A stretch of DNA of 64,000 bases from Candidatus Wolfebacteria bacterium (lineage in GTDB: Bacteria; Patescibacteriota; Minisyncoccia; UBA6257; UBA9933). Made by a program: the position numbers and the translations under genes. The notes beneath the pieces are model-generated. The model searched no databases. It was not told where the DNA came from and saw nothing but the letters and a program-made list of their open reading frames with translations. The stretch is taken from NCBI GenBank assembly GCA_016214005.1, contig JACRPK010000001.1, positions 23,823 through 87,822 of the forward strand, read 5' to 3'. Positions 58,842-64,000 of the stretch are shown here, piece after piece (within the stretch, counting starts at the first letter, position 1; every line of letters starts with the position of its first letter).

Positions 58842-60309
58842 CCCTAATCATATTTTCATGATAGAAGATTTAATAAGCGAACGTAAAAAAAAACTTAATA
58901 ATTTTATAAAAACGGGGATTGAAGCATATCCAGAAAAATCAAAACGGACTTATAAAATTTCCGACATACTTTTTGGTTTTTCATCTTTGCAAAAATCAAA
59001 AAAGAAAATTTTTGTTTGCGCCAGGATTTTTGGAATGCGAGTGATGGGCAGCATCGCTTTTTATGATTTGAGAGATGATAGCGGAAAAATTCAGGGAGTT
59101 TTAAAAAAGGATAATCTGCCGAAAGATTTCGCGCTTTTTAAAGATAATTTGGACATCGGCGATTTTATTGAAGTCGGCGGCATTTTATTTAAAACAAAAA
59201 CCGGCGAAAAAAGCGTTGAAATTAAAAATCTGAAACTTTTGGTGAAAAGTTTAAGGCCGCTTCCCAGCCAGTGGCATGGATTGGAGAATATTGAATCGCG
59301 CTTGAGAAAAAGATATTTGGATATTTTGATGAATCCGGAGGTAAAAGAAATTTTCATCAAAAAAAGCGTTTTTTGGGGAACGATTCGCGATTATCTTAAA
59401 AAATCCGGATTTTTAGAAGTGGAAACTCCGGTTTTAGAAGCGACTCCGGGAGGCGCTGACGCTGAGCCGTTTATAACTCATCACAATGCTTTGAACCACG
59501 ATTTTTATTTAAGAATTTCTTTGGAAATCGCTTTGAAAAAAATGTTGGTGGCGGGATATGAAAAAGTTTTTGAAATTGGCAGGATTTTCAGAAATGAAGG
59601 AATCAGCGCCGAACATTTGCAGGATTATACCCAGTTGGAATTTTATTGGGCTTATTCGGATATGGACGAGCTTATGAAATTTACTGAAAAAATGTACAAA
59701 GAGACAATTAAAAAAACTATCGGCAAATTAGAATCTGTTTGTGGGGATAAAAAAATAAATTGGGCTGCCAAATGGCAAAAAGTGGAATATTTGAAAATTT
59801 TTAAAGAAAAAATTGGATTGGATTTGGCAATTGTCTCGCGCGATGAATTGTTTGCCAAGGCGCAATCTGGCGGACTTAAGCCGGAAAAAAATCTCGGCCG
59901 AGGAAGATTGATAGATTTATTATTTAAAAAATTTTGCCGACCGACATTGGTTAAGCCGTGTTTTTTAATAAATCCGCCGGCTGATATTGAGCCGCTTGCC
60001 AAAAGAAAGTCGGAAAATAAAAATTTAGTTTGTCGATTTCAGATTGTCGCTTGCGGCACAGAACTTGGCAAAGGATTTTCCGAAGCCAATGATCCGATTG
60101 ATCAACGTAAACGCTTTGAAGAACAATTATCCTTGCGAAGCGCTGGCGATAAAGAAGCGCAGCGTTTGGATGAAGAATTTTTAGAAGCCATAGAATATGG
60201 CATGCCGCCGGCAGCCGGGTTTGGACTTTCTGAACGGCTTTTCGCAATTTTAATGAATAAGCCGATCCGCGAAACAACAATTTTCCCATTGATGAGAAGC
60301 GAAAAATAA
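58834..60309 (+). CDS. lysS: lysine--tRNA ligase, class II
   Basis: OB anticodon-binding N-domain, class II motifs (FRNEGIS…; GFGLSERL motif 3). Confidence 0.9.
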   Translation: MSSPNHIFMIEDLISERKKKLNNFIKTGIEAYPEKSKRTYKISDILFGFSSLQKSKKKIFVCARIFGMRVMGSIAFYDLRDDSGKIQGVLKKDNLPKDFALFKDNLDIGDFIEVGGILFKTKTGEKSVEIKNLKLLVKSLRPLPSQWHGLENIESRLRKRYLDILMNPEVKEIFIKKSVFWGTIRDYLKKSGFLEVETPVLEATPGGADAEPFITHHNALNHDFYLRISLEIALKKMLVAGYEKVFEIGRIFRNEGISAEHLQDYTQLEFYWAYSDMDELMKFTEKMYKETIKKTIGKLESVCGDKKINWAAKWQKVEYLKIFKEKIGLDLAIVSRDELFAKAQSGGLKPEKNLGRGRLIDLLFKKFCRPTLVKPCFLINPPADIEPLAKRKSENKNLVCRFQIVACGTELGKGFSEANDPIDQRKRFEEQLSLRSAGDKEAQRLDEEFLEAIEYGMPPAAGFGLSERLFAILMNKPIRETTIFPLMRSEK

Positions 60310-60319
60310 ACGATAATTA

Positions 60320-61888
60320 TTGATTATGATTCCTAAAAATAAAATTATTAAGGTTGTGGATGTTGTTTCTCGTCCAGATGTTTTGAAGCAAAAAGAAGAA
60401 GATGAAAAATCAGAAGAAATTAGAGAAATAAAAGATATTAAAAAACCTTTCAAAATATCTTTGAATTTGTTTGGTAAAAAGAAACAAGAAAAAAAAGAAA
60501 TTATTATTGAAGAATCTAAAAAATCAAAACAAGAAATCATATCTGATTTTTTCAAGCCAAGAAAGTCGAAAGGGGATGAATTTATTGAAAAAAAATTAGA
60601 GGAAGAGCCGAAAATAGAATTTAAAAAAGAAAAAGTTAAAATAATTCATCCAGTTGAGGAAATTGAAGAGGAAACTGAATTGGGGGCTTCAAAAGAAGAC
60701 GGCGATTTTCTTAAAGAAGAAATCGGCGTTGAATCTGAGTCTATATGGCTAAGATTTAAAAAATATTTTGCGATATTTTTATTTTTAGCGCTTGCTGGCG
60801 CAGGAGTTTACGCGGCAGCGATTATTTTACCAATGGCCGATATAAAAATTATTACTAAAAAATCCGCATGGAATTTTGATGGCGCGATAGTTGCTTTTAA
60901 AAATGCTGCTGATATTAATTGGCAGGAAAAACAAATCCCCGGATCGTTTTTTTCTGAAACAAAAAATACAAGTTTGGCATTTGAGGCAACCGGTAAAAAA
61001 AATGTTGAAAGAAAAGCGGGCGGTGAAATTATCGTTTATAATGCTTTTAGTTCGGAATCCCAATCTTTGGTAAAAGGAACCAGATTTGAAGCGCCGGACG
61101 GAAAAATTTACAGACTTGACAGCGGATTGATAATCCCCGGAGCGAAAATCAGCGATGGGAAAATTATTCCTTCAAGCGTTAAAGCAAAAGTTTCGGCTGA
61201 TAAGGCTGGGCAAGATTATAATATTGCTCCGGTTGAAAAATTCACCATTCCCGGATTTAAAAATTCACCAAAATATAACGGTTTTTACGCCAAATCAGAA
61301 TCTCCAATGGTGGGCGGATTTGTCGGTGAACTGCCTTATCCGACCGATGCGGATATAAAATCAGCCAGGGAAAAAACGGAAATTACCCTGAAAGAAACTC
61401 TAAACGCTTTAATGGCGTCGCAGATTCCTAATGATTTTAAAGTTATTGACAGCGCCAAACAATTTTTAATAACCAAAGAAAATATAAATAAAGATGTTGA
61501 TGAAAACGGAAAATTTTCAGTCTTTCTTGAGGGGGAAATGGCAATAGCCGCTTTTAGGGAAGAAGATGTTTTGAAATTAATGGCTGTTTTGGCGAAACAA
61601 TCGCTTGGTGAAAATTTTGAAGCTAAAAGTTTTGATTTCAATTATGGCATTGGGCAAGTTGATTTAGGAGTTGGAAAATTTTCGTTTGGCGTAAATTATA
61701 ATGGAACTTTTTGGCAACCGATAAATATTGATAATTTTAAAAATACTATTTTAGGGAAAAAAGAAATTGAATTAAAAACATCGGTATTTTTAATTCCCGG
61801 AGTTGAAAAAGCGACTGTTTCATTCTGGCCGTTTTGGGTAAAATCTGTTCCTAATAGCGTTAAAAGAATTAATGTTGCTGTTGAATAA
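60320..61888 (+). CDS. hypothetical single-pass membrane protein with K/E-rich cytoplasmic N-terminus and large extracytoplasmic domain
   Basis: 522 aa; TM FAIFLFLALAGAGVYAAAIILP at ~aa 150. Confidence 0.5.
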   Translation: MIMIPKNKIIKVVDVVSRPDVLKQKEEDEKSEEIREIKDIKKPFKISLNLFGKKKQEKKEIIIEESKKSKQEIISDFFKPRKSKGDEFIEKKLEEEPKIEFKKEKVKIIHPVEEIEEETELGASKEDGDFLKEEIGVESESIWLRFKKYFAIFLFLALAGAGVYAAAIILPMADIKIITKKSAWNFDGAIVAFKNAADINWQEKQIPGSFFSETKNTSLAFEATGKKNVERKAGGEIIVYNAFSSESQSLVKGTRFEAPDGKIYRLDSGLIIPGAKISDGKIIPSSVKAKVSADKAGQDYNIAPVEKFTIPGFKNSPKYNGFYAKSESPMVGGFVGELPYPTDADIKSAREKTEITLKETLNALMASQIPNDFKVIDSAKQFLITKENINKDVDENGKFSVFLEGEMAIAAFREEDVLKLMAVLAKQSLGENFEAKSFDFNYGIGQVDLGVGKFSFGVNYNGTFWQPINIDNFKNTILGKKEIELKTSVFLIPGVEKATVSFWPFWVKSVPNSVKRINVAVE

Positions 61889-61936
61889 ATCGGTGGAATA
61901 TTTTATTATTCTTAATGTTTCGATTGATGTTTTAAC

Positions 61937-62008
61937 GGTGGCCATAGCTTAGTGGTAAAGCTCCGCTCTGTGGAAGCGGCTATACGGGTTCGATTCCCGT
62001 TGGTCACC
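61937..62008 (+). tRNA. tRNA-His (anticodon GTG) with encoded G-1
   Basis: G(-1)-GTGGCCA-TA-GCTT-AGTGGTA-AAGC-T-CCGCT-CTGTGGA-AGCGG-CTAT-ACGGG-TTCGATT-CCCGT-TGGTCAC-C. Confidence 0.9.
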
Positions 62009-62044
62009 CCCTGAATTGGACATCTCATCTGTTATTGACAAATA

Positions 62045-62073
62045 TAGCGTTTAGGTGTATACTAAATATAGTT
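62045..62073 (+). promoter_or_regulatory. near-consensus sigma70 promoter TTGACA-17-TATACT driving DGR target gene
   Basis: TTGACA 62045-50, 17-nt spacer, TATACT 62068-73; ~130-nt 5'UTR; RBS AAGGAG 8 nt before ATG 62213. Confidence 0.5.
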
Positions 62074-62102
62074 CTTTGATAAAACTTGCGATTGGTCATA
62101 GC

Positions 62103-62152
62103 GAAAAGTGGCTTAAAACTAGGCTATTCCTCGCTATGACCATACAGGCCAT
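62103..62152 (+). promoter_or_regulatory. 12-bp inverted repeat TGGTCATAGCGA…TCGCTATGACCA (26-nt spacer) in 5'UTR of DGR target
   Basis: Perfect 12-bp arms; could form RNA hairpin or operator. Confidence 0.4.
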
Positions 62153-62212
62153 GGTTCCTCCTCGGATTAGAGGAAAACGAAAACGGGCAAATTAACCCAA
62201 GGAGATACAATC

Positions 62213-62854
62213 ATGAGTGCAGGAACAGAATTCGCATCCGCCGGACTTACCGCCGGCCAACTCAACGCCATCGTCAAGAAGCTCGGTGGCCACGACATGG
62301 CGCTCCGTTTTCTCCGCGACGAACTCTCGGTTTCCGAACCGATCCGTTCGTGGCGCGAGAAAGACGGCGTCATCTACTTCAGCGTCACCTCCGACGGCAC
62401 GACTGGCGAAGACTGGATCAAGCGTCTGGAAGGCAACGGTTTCCGCGTCAGAGACTACGCCAAGCAGGTGCTCCGTTCCCCGGACTTCAAGCCGACCAAC
62501 GGCGAGACGACCGAAGTTGCCGTTCTCAAGGGCATGCTCTTCGAGGACAACGACCGGATCACGAAGAAGATTCGGGCCGAGGCCGACAAGCGCAAGCTCT
62601 CGAAGCCGAACGCCGAACTGGCCTGCCTCATCCGTCTGAAGTTCACGGACAAGGAGATCGAAGCCATGGGTCTGTGGTGGATCGTCGCAATGCACGAACC
62701 CATCAACGATTCCGACGGCGATCCGCGCTTGCTGGGCGCGAGCCGTTACGGCGATGGTCGCTGGCTCGGCGCGTGCAGCGGCAGGCCTGGCCTCGGGTGG
62801 CGTCGTGGCGTCGGGTTCGCGTTCGCCGTGTCGCAAGTCAGTTCTCAACACTAA
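62213..62854 (+). CDS. DGR target (variable) protein; C-terminal ~44 aa encoded by VR
   Basis: 213 aa, high-GC codon usage; VR at its 3' end; C-terminus …GVGFAFAVSQ; overlapping antisense/offset ORFs in track are GC-shadow ORFs. Confidence 0.7.
   Translation: MSAGTEFASAGLTAGQLNAIVKKLGGHDMALRFLRDELSVSEPIRSWREKDGVIYFSVTSDGTTGEDWIKRLEGNGFRVRDYAKQVLRSPDFKPTNGETTEVAVLKGMLFEDNDRITKKIRAEADKRKLSKPNAELACLIRLKFTDKEIEAMGLWWIVAMHEPINDSDGDPRLLGASRYGDGRWLGACSGRPGLGWRRGVGFAFAVSQVSSQH
62709..62839 (+). repeat. DGR variable repeat (VR), 131 bp
   Basis: Aligns gap-free with TR 63182-63312; ~23 mismatches, every one at a position where TR has A (VR has G/C/T). Confidence 0.75.
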
Positions 62855-62890
62855 GATCCTCGGGACTTCAGTCCCTTTGAACTTAGCCCT

Positions 62891-62931
62891 TAGCCCTGTT
62901 CCGATCCGTCGGAGCAGGGCTAATTTTTTTT
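62891..62931 (+). terminator. GC-rich stem-loop + U-tract downstream of VR (terminator and/or DGR target-recognition hairpin)
   Basis: TAGCCCTGttccga-tccg-tcggagCAGGGCTA followed by ATTTTTTTT; additional small hairpin GGGACTtcaGTCCC at 62868-62881. Confidence 0.6.
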
Positions 62932-63181
62932 CATAAAATATAAAATCGGCTATAATATTTACGGCAGTAGGTGAATATGTGGGCGGTCAAGGCTTCCCGC
63001 TACCGAACCCAGTATCCATGCATCGGGAGTATCCGCGGCCACGGTTTCGGATAGAGTGGTGCATGCAGAAACTTCAATAAAAAAGAAGATACTTGGCGCG
63101 AGACATTATGGCATTGCGATGCCGGATTCGATTCAGCCCTGAGAGTATTCGAGGGGTGGTGATATGGAAGATGTTTCGCGC

Positions 63182-63312
63182 AATCCGACGGCGATCCGAA
63201 CTTGCTGAACGCGAACCGTAACGACGATGGTCGCTGGCTCAACGCGTACAACGACAGGCCTGACAACAGGTGGAATCGTGACAACGGGTTCGCGTTCGCC
63301 GTGTCGCAAATC
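63182..63312 (+). repeat. DGR template repeat (TR), 131 bp, Asn(AAC)-rich in target frame
   Basis: In VR register encodes SDGDPNLLNANRNDDGRWLNAYNDRPDNRWNRDNGFAFAVSQI; all differences from VR are at TR adenines. Confidence 0.75.
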
Positions 63313-63315
63313 TCT

Positions 63316-63729
63316 TCATTTCTCTCCGGCTTTCGCTGGAGAGTTTTGTTTTGCGAGTTGTCCGTTCCAACCGCCGAGCATCTTGCCGGCTTCATCCAAC
63401 TTTACTGAAAGAGCAATGTATTTTTTATCGTCGAGTGATTTCGTTTCCCAGAGCACCAAAAGAAGTACGCGGAGAGTATCCGCTTTCTTAATCGCGAGGC
63501 GAACATACGGATGCTTCTCGGTAGGTGAGAGAAAACTGGCGGCCGATATCGCTTCTATCACTTCAACAAATAAAGTGTCGATGCGCTGACCGAGAGAATG
63601 ACGATGCACCTTGGGCAAGTCCTGATAAAATTTGTACCACAAAAGGTACGACTCCTTGACTTTATTTAAAACCGGTAAAATTCTTAATGGTTGGTTGCCA
63701 CCGTTATGTCCAAAATTAGATTTCAACAT
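63316..63729 (-). CDS. avd: Avd-like accessory variability determinant (four-helix-bundle protein)
   Basis: C-terminal ~110 aa …LLWYKFYQDLPKVHRHSLGQRIDTLFVEVIEAIS…KLDEAGKMLGGW… matches Avd/TIGR02436 pattern (VW..Y.L…FPK.E…LG.QI … IAEVGRMLGGW). Upstream part of the 223-aa track ORF overlaps RT and is shadow; start may be ATG 63729 or TTG 63642. Confidence 0.55.
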   Translation of the reverse strand: MLKSNFGHNGGNQPLRILPVLNKVKESYLLWYKFYQDLPKVHRHSLGQRIDTLFVEVIEAISAASFLSPTEKHPYVRLAIKKADTLRVLLLVLWETKSLDDKKYIALSVKLDEAGKMLGGWNGQLAKQNSPAKAGEK

Positions 63730-64000
63730 ACATATAATAATATCATTTCTCTCGAAAATCTCCTCGAGGCGTGGAAAGAATTTGTCCGCGGCAAGCGATC
63801 GCGTAAAGACGTGCAGGAATTCGAGCGAGATTTGATGACGAATCTTATCGCGCTTCACCGCGAGCTTGCCGCCAAAAAATATTCGCACTCGGCATATCAG
63901 CATTTCAAAATCGCCGATCCGAAACCGCGCGATATTCATAAAGCCAGCGTTCGGGACCGGCTTTTGCATCACGCATTGCACAGACAACTGTCGCCGTTTT
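63706..64000 (+). CDS. reverse transcriptase (DGR-type), 5' partial to window edge
   Basis: MSKIRFQHTYNNIISLENLLEAWKEFVRGKRSRKDVQEFERDLMTNLIALHRELAAKKYSHSAYQHFKIADPKPRDIHKASVRDRLLHHALHRQLSPF = RT domain 0/1/2 (…P.PR.I.K..G..R…DR..QHA). Confidence 0.8.
   Translation, partial: MSKIRFQHTYNNIISLENLLEAWKEFVRGKRSRKDVQEFERDLMTNLIALHRELAAKKYSHSAYQHFKIADPKPRDIHKASVRDRLLHHALHRQLSPF

Noticed and set aside
62192-63589. Multiple overlapping ORFs in the high-GC segment (62192-62851-, 62217-62639+, 62350-62880+, 62455-62706-, 62754-62936+, 63000-63395-, 63202-63408+, 63227-63589+)
   Set aside because: Typical GC-rich shadow ORFs; only the 62213-62854 frame has a promoter/RBS, sensible composition and the VR in register. 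63000-63395(-) spans the non-coding TR.
63730-63987. N-terminal 86 aa of the 223-aa minus-strand track ORF (63316-63987)
   Set aside because: Overlaps the much better supported plus-strand reverse-transcriptase N-terminus; only the Avd-like C-terminal portion was kept.
1-64000. CRISPR arrays, rRNA genes, transposases/integrases
   Set aside because: No regularly spaced short direct repeats, no rRNA-like conserved stretches, and no ORF with recombinase/transposase signatures were seen in the window.

Overview
This window looks like a low-GC (~33-35%) Patescibacteria/CPR-type chromosome segment. The evidence is a ribosomal cluster with no rpmD (L30), small DUF genes, a type IV pilus-like cluster and split aaRS domains. 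Conserved backbone, in order: SEDS (ftsW/rodA-like), mltG, rpoB, rpoC, a convergent GT2 cellulose-synthase-like gene, glycerate kinase, ppsA, znuCB-like metal ABC, tRNA-Asn; then a ~9.4 kb compositionally atypical accessory patch. The patch holds an XRE-Panacea/RelE-like TA pair, a tandem array of four genes sharing the hsdS 5' leader and ending in an orphan hsdS, DUF389, mscL, DUF3850 and a large Fn3x4/PG-binding secreted protein. After it come a MGMT-DBD::YrdC fusion, csp, a P-type ATPase, alkD-like, a stand-alone tRNA-binding domain, metG, a histidine kinase, a pilin/PilMNO-like cluster, tRNA-Pro(-)/tRNA-Arg(+), a lysA-family/dapL-like pair, the rplC..rplO-secY-adk-map operon, GT2, greA, lysS, a membrane hypothetical and tRNA-His. 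The last 2 kb are high-GC and contain a complete-looking diversity-generating retroelement (DGR). It has a strongly promoted 213-aa target gene whose 3' end is a 131-bp variable repeat (VR). A 131-bp template repeat (TR) lies 470 bp downstream and differs from the VR only at TR adenines (~23/23 mismatches). An Avd-like four-helix-bundle gene sits on the minus strand, and the 5' end of a reverse transcriptase runs off the window. One track ORF (9146..10714) is labelled + but is encoded on the minus strand.
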